NCBI RefSeq assembly: GCF_006345805.1
Contig: NC_043000.1
Coordinates: forward strand, 83,204,001-83,268,000
Direction of reading: 5' to 3'
DNA length: 64,000 nt
Source of the DNA: Octopus sinensis
Taxonomy: Eukaryota
The notes below the pieces were generated by a model that was not told the DNA's origin, searched no databases, and worked only from the letters and a program-made list of their open reading frames with translations. How positions within the stretch are numbered: position 1 is the first letter of the stretch; each line of letters begins with the position of its first letter. Made by a program: the position numbers and the translations under genes. Shown here piece by piece: positions 52,267 through 64,000 of the stretch.

Positions 52267-52573
52267 TGGCATGTAAAAAGCACCAACTGAATGCGGCCAA
52301 TACCAGTACCTCTTGACTGGCCCCTGTGCCAGTGGAACGTAAAAAGCACAATCCAAATGTGATTGATGCTAGGCCTGCCTGACTGGCTCCTGTGCCAGTG
52401 GCATGTAAAAAGCACCCACTACACTCTTGGAGTGGTTGGCATTAGGAAGGGCATCCAGCTGTAGAAACATTGCCAGATCAGATTGGAGCCTGGTGCAGCC
52501 GCTGGCTCTCCAGACCTCAGTCAAACTGTCCAACTCATGCCAGTATGGAAAACGGACATTAAATGATGATGAT
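52267..52573 (+). mobile_element. Short RTE 3'-end copy
   Basis: GAGTGGTTGGCATTAGGAAGGGCATCCAGCTGTAGAAAC...(GAT)n. Similar fragments at about 9125-9333, 15270-15380, 22945-23100, 38170-38300, 38440-38573, 54655-54790. Confidence 0.8.
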
Positions 52574-53361
52574 ACAGCTTGTACAGTAATTTTTTCTGTA
52601 TTCATAGTGGGAATATAGAGTTGGGTATTTATAAGTGTGTGTGTGTGTGAATTATTTCATAGTTTCCAAAATCATGTGGTCTTTGAAATATTTGTTTGCA
52701 ATACAATATTTTTCCTGAAGTAGGGCATCTGTTAACCTCTATCTTAGGCCAACTAATAATCAACAATGCCTCGGCATGATCAAATCCACAATAACTTTAA
52801 ACCAACTAAAATAAAGTTATTACCTAGTTTTCTTAATGTGCTTATCATGAAATCTACAAAACTTGATTTATAAGCAGTTTGTTTGAGTTAGTTTGCAGAG
52901 CTCTTATTGTACTGAAGGTGAATGAGACATAAATAGGTTGAACTAACTATTTATTCATCAATTGCAGAACACATACACCAAGGTTAGAAACACATTTGTA
53001 CATATATGAATTGAATTGAATTGTACTAGTTTCTGCTCATGAGTTCTGGCCATGCTGGGACACTGCCATATTTATATGCTTTATGATCATTATATAATTT
53101 CCTAATTATAATTGATGAGGAGAGAGTCTGGTTGGTTTTTTGCCCCCCCCCCCCCACTTTTTTTTAGACCTTTAGGCGGTTTTGGAGGATATTTGTAGAT
53201 ATAAAAACAAAAATTTGTTATTTTTTTTGTTGATTTCTTAGATAACAAAAGTAAATCTTTTCTGATCTTGTTCACAGAATAATGCAACATATGGCTTAAA
53301 AATACTTGTAAAATTAAATTAGAACAAATTTCAGATATCAAATAAAGCATTGAAACTGTAG

Positions 53362-53555
53362 TGCAAGGGAGTGCTAAAAAGTTCCTGGCTTTGGGTAAAA
53401 GAAAATACAGGAGGGTCAGGTAATTATAATTTCTTTCAGCATATTCCCCTCTCAGTCTGTTTTCCTAAGTCCTGTAAAAGAACTCAGAAGTCTGAGCATC
53501 CAACTAGGCCTTTTGTGATACCCTTAAAGCCAGGAACTTTTAAGTACCCCCTCAT
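53362..53555. mobile_element. Mariner-type MITE
   Basis: Inverted termini GGGAGTGCTAAAAAGTTCCTGGCTTT / AAAGCCAGGAACTTTTAAGTACCCC. Confidence 0.65.
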
Positions 53556-55016
53556 AAAAAAAAAAAAAGCAAATCTTATTTTGCATCAATAAAGGCAAAG
53601 TTAATATGTGTTTGTGAAAATACATATTGGTAAGTCAATTAAACAATTTAGGTACAGGTGTGGCTGTGTGGTAAGAAGCTTCCTTCCCAACTACATGATT
53701 CCAGATTCAGTCCCATTGTTCGGCACCTTGGGCAAATGTCTTCTATTATAGCCTTGAGCTGACGAAAGCCTTGTGAGTGGATTTGGTAGATGAAAATTGA
53801 AAGAAGACTGTTGTATGTTGCATGTATGCATGTGGGTGTATATGTATGTGTGTGTATATAAATATAATATATGTATAGATAGATGTGTATGTCTTTGTGT
53901 ATGTTTGTGTTTGATCCCCACCAATGCTTAACAGCCGTTTACATCCCCACAACTCAGCAGTTCAGCAGAAGAGTTCAATAGAATAAGTATCAGGCTTATA
54001 TGAAAGAAAAAAATCAGTACTGAGGTTGATTCATTTGACTAAAACCCTTCAGAGTTGCTGTTCAATGATTGAAGCGAGTAAAAGGTAAATGTAGATAAAT
54101 GTATGATAGAAAATGTCCAGAGATATTTTCAATAGAGTCAAATGTCTGTGATCAGACAATAACCAGTCATAAAAGGGGATGGGGAGATAGAGTCCAAGTT
54201 TCTTACTGGACAAAGTTATATTGTCAAAGCTAAAACAAAAAGTGCTAGCTAAACTAGTGAGATTAAGATAGGTTAGCCATAGTTACTGCTCTTAGAAAGA
54301 GATTTGTCTGGTTGTCAAGCAAATGAGCCAAGAGATCAAAACTAGATTTCTGACTCAAGAGATCACTAGTTTCTGATTCGCTAAAATAACATGTGACAAA
54401 GCTAAAACTAAAATAATTTTGTTGATCCAGTCAAAACTGGGTGACTGACTGATTACTAGTCTATGTTCTCCAAGTGCTGATTGGCTAATGCAATGTACAT
54501 GACAATAGTGAAACTAAAATGTCATCTGCATGAGACTGCTAGAGATTTTTAGAATTTGGCAGAAGAATAAGGTACATTCTAATTTTTTATTTTTAGAAAG
54601 AAATTTTATCAAAATTAGGTAAGTTAAGAACAGAAAAGCTGATGAATCAGTGCATCCATTGTCATTATTCAACATCTGCTTTACATACTGGCATGGGTTG
54701 GATGGTCTGACAGGATTCTGTGAGTTGGAGGACTGTGCCAAACTCCAATATCTCTTTTGGAATGGTTTCTGTGGTTAGATCCCCTTCCTTCAACTAGTAT
54801 TTACTTAATTATCTAAAATGGTGTACAGCAAATCAATTGTAATTAATTTTAACAATAAATTCATATTAATTTTAATCATTAATACAATGAAAATATATTT
54901 ATAAAAAAAAGTATATTATTAACAAGTATCTTTAAACAAACAAGTATATAATTTATATATTTATACTCAAGATCTTATAATTATACATAAAAATTAAACT
55001 ACTTATTTATTTATGA

Positions 55017-56109
55017 TCTCTTATTATAAAAGGCAGATTTTATTTGCCTCCCTTTGTAACTTATAGAAATCTACAATATAGGATTTCTTCAATTACAATT
55101 TACCTAGCATTTTTAAGAGTAGAATGCATCGGGTCATGCCAGGTCCAGTTTTTAAAATTTAAACTCCAATTAAGCAAAATTTACAGAAAACTCACATTCT
55201 GGTGTGTATGTCAAATGCTTTTCTTAATGTGGTTTACACCACACGCACACGCACACACACAGTGTGCAACGAATAAAATGAAAGTAAATAGCGACAGAGT
55301 GATTTGAGGAAGACTAAACTGAAAGTATTTAAACCACTACTCAAAAAATAAAAAAACACAGCAAACAGAAACAAATAAATACATAACGATTTACTCCTCA
55401 CACAATTTCTTCAATTAGAGTTTACCTAAGATTTTTCAAAGTACTCCATTCGGTCATGCCATAATATATTTCTTTCAATTTCACCCCCAATTAAGACAAA
55501 ATTTGAGAAAACTCAATATTTTAACATTTCACTCCGAAAGCATTGATGTACATGTGTGCGTGCGTGAGTGTGTGTGTGTGTGTGTGTTTGATGGGTTGTG
55601 CGACACAGAAAGTGTGGTGTGTAAGTGAAGTGCTTTTGTTAGTGTGTGTAAAGAGACAGACAGAGTGAAAGACAGAAATAACTGAACTTTTTTTATTCAC
55701 TTTTTGTAGTGAGTGACTGAGAGAGAAAAGAGAGAGAGAGGTTATGTATGTATATATGTATGTATGGCTTCAGTGACACACACACACAAAAACACATACC
55801 TACGTACACCTAAAGCACGCACACACACACACACAAGCGGAGCGCGAACTTCAAAATTTTGGTAGTATTAATTTGCGAGCGTACTTCTAAGCGCGCGTAA
55901 TTGAAAGTTTTCACTATGATATCATCACGTGCGAAAAAGTTCGAAGGGTTTTGAACAATTGAGATACACATGTCACGCCTGTATTGAAACCATTGCTAAG
56001 CTGCCGTAATTGCTTAATTAAGACTTTGTTTAAATTGAAAGGGGAAAATATGTGACTTGTATGTATACAAGTATACTTTCTCCTAGCAGGAAGTTTTAAC
56101 AAGAACTAG
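55017..56109 (+). mobile_element. Possible non-autonomous Helitron-like element
   Basis: Starts A|TCTCTTATTATAAAAGG, has an internal duplication (55060-55200 vs 55405-55530) and ends near AACTAG. Confidence 0.35.
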
Positions 56110-57254
56110 GGTCCTTTAATCCCAGTGGTTCACATACTTGCTAACCCATAGCTGGGACACTAACAGGTGCTACTACTCTGGGTCAGAGTAGACCTGAGAA
56201 CAAGAGTGACTAAGAGATGGTTCCACACTCCTCCAAACTCAGGAACTCTCATACCAGGATCCCACTGCCAGATGCAGTTTAGTATCATACGCAAGACTTA
56301 GAACTTCTGTCTAGAGGAAGATAAACTCATATAAAAAGATCCCGAAGTTCAGTTGGTCTTCGGGTTTGGTCTTTGGTTGTCTCAACCTTGGTTGTAACAC
56401 TGATGTTATACATGATTGTTCTGAAAAGTGGGGTCAGTGCTGTGCAACACTTTATCCACTCAAGACAAATTTGTGCACAGGAACTTCTTGGACTCAGAAT
56501 ATTTGCATGGCATTATTGAGTTTAGGAAACGGTCTCAACCAGTCATGAGTTGACTTTTAGCATTTGTATGGGAGTGAGTATATGCATGTGTGCATGTGTT
56601 GTTTATATTTCACACTTGTTATTGTTTGTACAATGTGGTGCTGATGTTGACATCCCTTGTTGACATTAAGTGCTGAAAAACAGGTAAAGGTTAGTGATTG
56701 AAAGAGTATCTTGCCATAAAATTCTATTTCAAATGACTCTATCCAAATCGATACTAGCATGGAAAAATTGATGTTAAATGAATGAACAAGGACAGGTTGC
56801 AAAATTGTACCCTGGAGTTTCATCTCCAGGCTGCTGAGTTAGTGAGAACCAGTTATTTCTTATCAGCTCATTTCCTCTAAACAAATTGGTCTATCAATAT
56901 ATATAAAACTGAGAATGTCTGTCTGTGTGCATCACTAAAACTCGAGAACTACCCAACCAATTTCATTCAAATTTTACACATGTCTTACTTAGGGTCCATG
57001 CAGTGTCATGGACCAGAAAAATTTTCAACTTCTTGCTTAATGTGAGCCTGGAGCAATCTCTTATCTCTAACGCTATTTCAGTATTACATGTTGAAAGTGA
57101 AACAATAACATCTCTATTGTAATGTGAGATAATACTTTCGCTGCAATAGTTTCACTATTAATACTGAAACTATTAAAGTGAGACTATTATCTCACATATA
57201 TACATGCATACATACATACATACATACATACATACATTACATATATATATATAT

Positions 57255-57306
<52 letters not shown>

Positions 57307-57390
57307 GATGTATATGTATAGATGTATATGTACAGATGCATATGTATATGTAATATGTACACATATATATATACATGCATACATATATTT

Positions 57391-57443
<53 letters not shown>

Positions 57444-57627
57444 ATATATATACGTTTAAATATTTGTTGTGCAAGTTTTTTATGTGAAGTCGTGTGTTGA
57501 AACAGATATTGTTATATTTCGGAATGGTCATTTTGCCAGTTTAGCCAATAAAAACACACGCACTATATATTTGGTGTTACTTTGCTTCAGTGTTATTTAT
57601 TTTTTACATTAATCTTAATCTTATTTC

Positions 57628-57672
57628 GGCCAGAGTTCTTTCATCACACTCCTGTGACCGCATCAGTGGTCC
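57628..57672 (-). ncRNA. Mirror copy of the variant hammerhead in the left arm
   Basis: Reverse complement of 57850-57894 with one C>T change, giving a G-U pair in stem II. Confidence 0.5.
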
Positions 57673-57849
57673 TTTGTTTACATATATAAACAGAAGATAC
57701 AAATATTACAGGCATCCCCCACATACACACACTAAATAAACATAAACGCACATAGAGATATAAGCATGCGCAAATGAAGACATACAATAGAAATACAAAA
57801 TGGCTGACGGTTAGTAAGGAGAGACACAAATAAGTGAGAAGAAAACAAA

Positions 57850-57894
57850 GGACCACTGATGCGGTCACAGGAGTGTGACGAAAGAACTCTGGCC
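57850..57894 (+). ncRNA. Variant hammerhead motif (CUGAUGCG core) in the right arm of an inverted repeat
   Basis: GGACCA-CTGATGC-G-GTCACA-GGAG-TGTGAC-GAAA-G-AA-CTC-TGGCC: perfect 6-bp stem II, GAAA, CUC triplet, stem I CCA/TGG. Confidence 0.55.
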
Positions 57895-58008
57895 GAAATA
57901 AGATTAAGATTAAAGTAAAAAATAAATAACACTGAAGCAAAGTAACACCAAATATATAGTGCGTGTGTTTTTATTGGCTAAACTGGCAAAATGACCATTC
58001 CGAAATAT

Positions 58009-58040
<32 letters not shown>

Positions 58041-58043
<3 letters not shown>

Positions 58044-61000
58044 GGTCTCTAGAGCCCATGCCTTCCACACCCTCAGGGTTGGCACCCTCAACGTTGGCAC
58101 TCTGAAAGGTAGGTCTGGTGAGATAGTCGAGATGCTTGAACGGAGATGTGTGGATATATGTTGCATGCAAGAAATAAGGTGGAGAGGAGGATCAGCTAGG
58201 TTCCTCACAGGCAAGGAACGCAGGTACAAGATTTTCTGGGCAGGGAACACTGACGGGGTTGGTGGCGTGGGTATACTTATCGCTGAGAAATGGGTAGATA
58301 AAGTAATTGAGGTAATCAGAGTAAGTGACAGAATACTTAAGATTAGATTAGTGCTTCATCATAGTTTAGCAACCATTATATCAGCCTATGCTCCTCAGTC
58401 GGGGCTACCCGATGGACAGAAAGACCGATTCTATGACACTCTACTGCAGACTACCTCATTGACGAACGACAGAGACCTTATCTTTGTGGCTGGTGACTTC
58501 AATGGTCACGTTGGACGACATGCTGGGGGCTTCCATGGCGTACATGGAGGCTATGGCTATGGCTCCCGCAACGAGGAGGGAACCAGGCTGCTGGAGTTCT
58601 GCGATGCAAATAATCTTATGATTTGCAACACTAACTTCAGGAAACCTACCAGCCACCTAGTCACTTACCAATCGGGCCAACATACCAGCCAAATTGACTA
58701 CATCCTTACAAGGCAAAGGGAGAGATGGCTGCTTATAAATGCCAAAACCTTCCCAGGTGAAGAATGTACCCCACAACATAGACTGGTAGTTAGTGACTTA
58801 GGATCAGGACTAGGAGGACAACCAGAAGACGACAAATATGGAGAAGAAGGATCTGGAAGCTTAAAGATCCTGCAAATGGACAGAGATTTAGGGACATATT
58901 ACTTGAAGCCTCTGACGAAGTAGAAGGGGATAGAGCATCACAGGGGGTAGAGACAGCTGGACGTTTCTAAGGGACAACCTGCTGAGAGCCACTGACCAGA
59001 TCTGTGGCTGGTGCAAAGTCCCCTCTCGACCTAGAATAACGTGGTGGTGGAACAATATTGTAGACAGGGCTATTAGAGAAAAGAGACAGGCTTGGAAGGT
59101 CTGGAAAAATGGGGGTAGCAGGGAATTGTATCAGACTGCCAAAAGAGAAGCTAGGAGACAGGTTTATTTAGCCAGAGGGGAAGCAGATAAGAAAAAATTT
59201 GCCAATGTTCTGCGCCGTGAGGACCAAAGACTGGAGGGTTTCGTGTTGCAAGACAGTGTGTGAGAGAGAATCGTGATGTGGTAGGAGAGAAGTGTGTTCG
59301 CATGGAAGATGGTTCACTTGCGCTAAATGAGGATGCAAAGAGAGAGGTTTGGAGATGCCACTATGAAAGGTTGCTGAATGAAGAAAATGAATGGGATAAA
59401 GAGAGTCTGCCGAATGTTGACCCAACAGAGGGACCAGCTATCCGAGTTGATAGTTCTGTGGTAGCTAAGGCAATTAGAAGCATGAAGACAGGGAAAGCCC
59501 CAGGCCCATCAGGAATCACTGCAGAGATGCTCAAAATGTCTGGTAGTGTCGGCTATAGCCTAGTCACCCATATAGTTAATCAGGTGATACACAAAGGGGT
59601 CATACCCAATGACTGGTGTAGCAGTATAATAGTCAACTGCTACAAAGGTAAAGGTGATGCCCTAGATACAAATAACTACAGAGGTATCAAGCTGTTGGAC
59701 CAGGTGATGAAGGTTACGGAGAGGGTCATAGCCCAACTAATTAGAGAGAGAGTTAGTTTAGATGAGATGCAGTTTGGGTTTGTGCCAGGGAAAAGTACTA
59801 CTGATGCTATATTCCTGGTAAGGCAGCTGCAGGAGAAATACCTAGCCAAAGATAAGCCCCTGTACCTGGCTTTTGTTGACATGGAGAAAGCCTTCGACAG
59901 GGTCCCCCGATCCCTTATCTGGTGGGCAATGAGAAAACTAGGGATAGATGAATGGTTAGTGAGAGCTGTGCGGGCCATGTATAGGGACGCCGCTAGTAGG
60001 GTGAGGGTTGGAAATGAGTACAGTGAAGAATTCCGGGTAGAGGTAGGGGTCCACCAAGGCTCAGTACTCAGCCCCCTCCTATTTATCATAGTCCTCCAGG
60101 CAATACGGAGGAATTCAAGACAGGATGCCCTTGGGAGCTCCTCTATGCTGATGACCTTGCTCTAATTGCTGAGTCGCTATCAGAACTGGAGGAGAAGTTT
60201 CAGGTGTGGAAACAAGGATTAGAATCGAAGGGCCTCAGAGTCAATCTAGCTAAAACCAAAGTCGTAATCAGTAGGAAGGTAGACAAATCACAAACACCTT
60301 CAGGTAGATGGCCCTGCTCGATCTGTAGAAAAGGTGTAGGTAGAAACTCTATAAGATGCACCAAGTGTAAGCTATGGACACATAAGAGATGCAGCAATGT
60401 CAAAGGAAGGCTAACTAGGAAGATGGTTTTTGTATGTGGCAGATGCTCAGGAACAATAAACACTGAAAATGCTCTGAGACCAACTTCCGTCACTTTCCAG
60501 GGAGAAAAACTAGAAATAGTTGATAGTTTCCGTTACCTAGGTGACCAAGTCAGCAGCGGGGGCGGGTGTGCTGAAAGTGTAACTGCTAGAGTAAGAATAG
60601 CTTGGGCAAAGTTCAGAGAGCTCTTACCTCTGCTGGTGACAAAAGGCCTCTCGCACAGAGTGAAAGGCAGACTGTATGATGCGTGTGTACGAACAGCCAT
60701 GCTACATGGCAGTGAAACATGGGCCGTGACTGCTGAGGATATGCGTAAGCTCGCTAGAAATGAAGCCAGTATGCTCCGATGGATGTGTAATGCCGGTACT
60801 CACACTCGGCAGAGTGTAAGTACCTTGAGAGAAAAGCTGGACCTAAGAAGCATCAGTTGTGGTGTGCAAGAGAGACGTTTGCGCTGGTATGGTCATGTGG
60901 CGAGAATGGATGAAGATAGTTGTGTGAAAAAGTGCCACACCCTAGCGGTTGAGGGAACCTGTGGAAGAGGCAGACCCAGGAAAACCTGGGACGAGGTGGT

Positions 61001-61697
61001 GAAGCACGACCTTCGAACTTTAGGTCTCACTGAGGAAATGACTAGAGACCGAGACCTCTGGAAGTGTGCTGTGCGCGAGAAGACCCGGCAGGACAAGTGA
61101 GTCCACAACCCGTGGCCTTCTACATGGGATGGAGCCAGCCTACGTATGCATACCTTCCCTTCTTGGGACACAAAACTCTACTTGTGAAGACGTGTTGAGG
61201 CAAGTGAGGATCAGAATTGAAATCGATCAATGGAAATTGCGGATGTGCTACCAGTGCCGGTGGCATGTCGAAACTCTGCTTGTGAAGACCCATTGAGGCA
61301 AGTGAGGATCAGAATCGAAATCGATCAATGGAAATTGCAGATGTGTTACCAGTGCCGGTGGCATGTAAGAGAACTTTCCGTTTCGCGACCGTTGCCAGCA
61401 CCGCCCCGTTTCGTGTCCGTTGCCAGCCTCGCCTGGCCCTCGTGCCGGTGGCACATAAAAAGCACCATCCGTTCGTGGCCGTTTGCCAGCTCTGTCTGGC
61501 ACCAGTGCGGGTGGCACGTAAAAAGCACCCACTACACTCACGGAGTGGTTGGCGTTAGGAAGGGCATCCAGCCGTAGAAACACTGCCAGATTTGACTGGG
61601 CCTGATGAAGCCTTCTGGCTTCACAGACCCCAGTAGAACCGTCCAACCCATGCTAGCATGGAAAACGGACGCTAAATGATGATGATGATGATGATGA
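58041..61697 (+). mobile_element. Near-full-length RTE-type non-LTR retrotransposon (APE + RT, single ORF, (GAT)n tail)
   Basis: APE motifs (TLNV, MQE, AYAPQ, GDFN, IDY), RT motifs (NYRGIKLL, FVDMEKAFDRV, GVHQGSVLSP, YADD), a Cys/His cluster, RTE-type C-terminus (RLRWYGHV...GRGRPRKTW), stop at 61100, 3' UTR and (GAT)n tail. Four apparent -1 frameshifts. Flanked by (TA)n on both sides. Confidence 0.95.
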
Positions 61698-62202
61698 TAT
61701 ATATATATATATATATACATACACATACCTATATACATACACATATATGTGTGTGTAGGTGCATGTGTGACTGTGTAGTAAGTACTTGGTTCCAAATCAC
61801 ATGGTCCTGGGTTCAGTCCCATTGTGTGGTAAATTGACATGTGTCTTCTGCCATAGCCTCAGACTAACAAAATCCTTGTGGGTGGATTTGGTAGAAAGAA
61901 ACTGAAAGAAATCCATTGTATATATATATGTATATATGTAAGTGTCTGTGTTTCTCTCTTATCACTGCTTGACAACCGGTGTTGGTTTATTTACACCCCC
62001 ATAACTTACTGGTTTGACAAGAAAAGAACGATAGAATAAGTACCAGGCTTATCAAAATAAAATAAAAAAAGCACTGGGGGTCGATTCATTCAACAAAAAA
62101 TTCTTCAAGGCAGTGTCTCATGTCTTTGCTTACCCACTCAATTGTATCTATCAATCTAGCTTTCTGTGTATATATATATATATATGTATGTATATGTGCA
62201 TA

Positions 62203-62870
62203 TATCTATTATATAAAAGTCAATGTTCGTGTGTTACTTATAGACTCAAAATCTACTGCACCGATCCTAATGAAGTTTGGAACACAAAATCCAAGTCTAG
62301 GGAGAAGGGTAATACCGTATGTTTCATATAATATCATGGACCAAAATTACTGAATGAATCCTTATGATATTTGGGACTTAGATTTAATGCATAAGGGCAG
62401 GTATAATGCAGTATGCTTGGTTTGAATTTGAGGTGGCTTAAAGGGGCAGAACCCCCCCCCCCCATGAAAATTCATAAATTTCTGATGTTGATGAAATTTC
62501 AACCATAGATAATTGACACACATCAAGAAGTATTCCCAAAGTTTCCGCTTCTCATGAGGATTCTAAGACCCCCTAATGGGGGCCTTAACTCCCAGATTTT
62601 AGTCATTTTGTATGATCCAAAACTAGATCAAAAGTACTAAATGGATCTTTATGAAATTTGGAAATTATATTCTATGCAGTATATGTTTGAAAGTGAGGGG
62701 GAATAAATGAGACCATAAGCTCCATGAAAATTCATATATTTTTGCTGTTGATAGAATATTAACCATAGATATTAGACACAAATGAAGTAATATTCCTAAA
62801 ATTTCAACTTCTTAGGAGTTAGTTAGACCCCTTAATGGTAGCTTAACCCCACAATTTAGTCATTTTTTCC
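62203..62870 (+). repeat. Helitron-like start with an internal ~260-bp diverged duplication
   Basis: TATCTATTATATAAAAG start; CCATGAAAATTCATA...CCATAGATA...TAGTCATTT at about 62462 and 62722. Confidence 0.4.
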
Positions 62871-63877
62871 TTAGCAAGACAAATATAGTTGTAGTCTTGG
62901 AAGCTGTAGAGTCACCTGAGCATACAAGATGAGTGTTATTGGTAATTCAATGGTACAACAGTGTAAGAATTTGCTTTGATATATACTTAGATTGTGATTT
63001 CTGCAAAGTGGTGCATAAATTGTCAACTGTTATTTTGAGTAAAGTTATTTGGTTGCAGACCTCCTTTGAGTCTTTTTATTATCACTGGGTCAGAAATAGT
63101 CCCCAGATGGTAACTTTGATTTCAAAGCCTTTCCAGATAAGTGATTGGTTATTCAAAGAGATTTATAGATTGCAAATTTATTCTGTTCAGTTACCTATTG
63201 GCATAGTGATCATAGGCAAACTCCAGAGGTGACACTTTCATTTCCCCTTAGCCCTCACGTCACACAGATGTTAATGTTTATTTGAGTTGGGTCACACCCT
63301 TCTAATTGCTATAGATCTGTAATGCATCATATGGCTGTGCTGGTCACCTGTATGGTGAGGAATCCTACTTTAAGAAGTAGTAACGACTAGGGTAGAGTAG
63401 CTGACTATTTATTGTGCTCCTTCGTCATTTGGTTTCTTGTAACTTTGCTCTCTTTTACCAACCCGATGAACATTCATATATTTCCAATTTCAAAGAAGTT
63501 TGAATAGATATAAGACACAAGTTAAAAAAGATTGCCAACAATTCAACTTCTCTGGTTGACTTTAAGATTCCCTTAATAAGGGCCTTAATTCCAACGTTTT
63601 AGAGCTCCATGATTTCCATTTTTCAGGTGCAAAAACCTTTGAATAAGTTTTAAAAGATTTGGATTTTGGAATCTGGGTATAAAGATGAGTAGTATGGGAT
63701 AAATATGTCATGATAAGAATTTTCGTTAGGGTGTGTAAAGAGGGAGAGAACTCTCATTAAAATTCTTAATCTCCAATTTTGATGAAATTCGAATCATAGG
63801 TATTCCAGTTCATTGAAGAAAATATAAAAGAAAAGTCTATATATATGTACACATATATATACACATACAAATGCATG

Positions 63878-63910
<33 letters not shown>

Positions 63911-63911
63911 G

Positions 63912-63945
<34 letters not shown>

Positions 63946-64000
63946 ATATTTATGTATATATATACATATATAGAATTTAGAGACTAACTGCTATTTAGTT

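Larger units (their letters stand above)
57505..58016. mobile_element. Palindromic Penelope-like remnant in a (TA)n tract
   Basis: About 175-bp near-perfect inverted arms (57505-57680 vs 57843-58016), each carrying a hammerhead variant. Confidence 0.65.

Noticed and set aside
57991-58040. ATG at 57991 as the LINE start codon
   Set aside because: It lies in the neighbouring palindromic element and reads through (TA)n; the in-frame fusion is probably fortuitous.
61601-61630. CTGATGA followed by a hairpin (AGCC-TTCT-GGCT) in the LINE tail
   Set aside because: No GAAA follows stem II and other copies lack CTGATGA, so it is not a hammerhead.

Overview
AT-rich, microsatellite- and transposon-dense animal genomic DNA. 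The SINE/RTE repeat landscape suggests a coleoid cephalopod (Octopus-like); this is an inference. Two spliced genes can be rebuilt by hand, and the ORF track shows neither as a gene. (1) A + strand, three-coding-exon selenoprotein methionine-R-sulfoxide reductase MSRB1/SelR (4305-4359, 8918-9060, 15603-15725; 106 aa), with an in-frame TGA at 15681-15683 at the catalytic Sec position and a non-canonical SECIS candidate at about 17361-17430. (2) A convergent - strand, four-coding-exon gene encoding a 234-aa Lys/Glu-rich protein I do not recognise (25516 to 19134). The rest is mobile DNA: a near-intact RTE-type LINE (58041-61697), older and truncated RTE copies with expanding 62-bp 3'-UTR tandem repeats, Tc1/mariner, pogo-like and piggyBac-type elements, Helitron remnants, a CRE-like RLE remnant, many tRNA-derived SINEs and a tRNA-Ile pseudogene. 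Five loci carry minimal or variant type-I hammerhead ribozyme motifs, three of them in inverted-repeat structures typical of Penelope-like element ends. Repeat boundaries are approximate.
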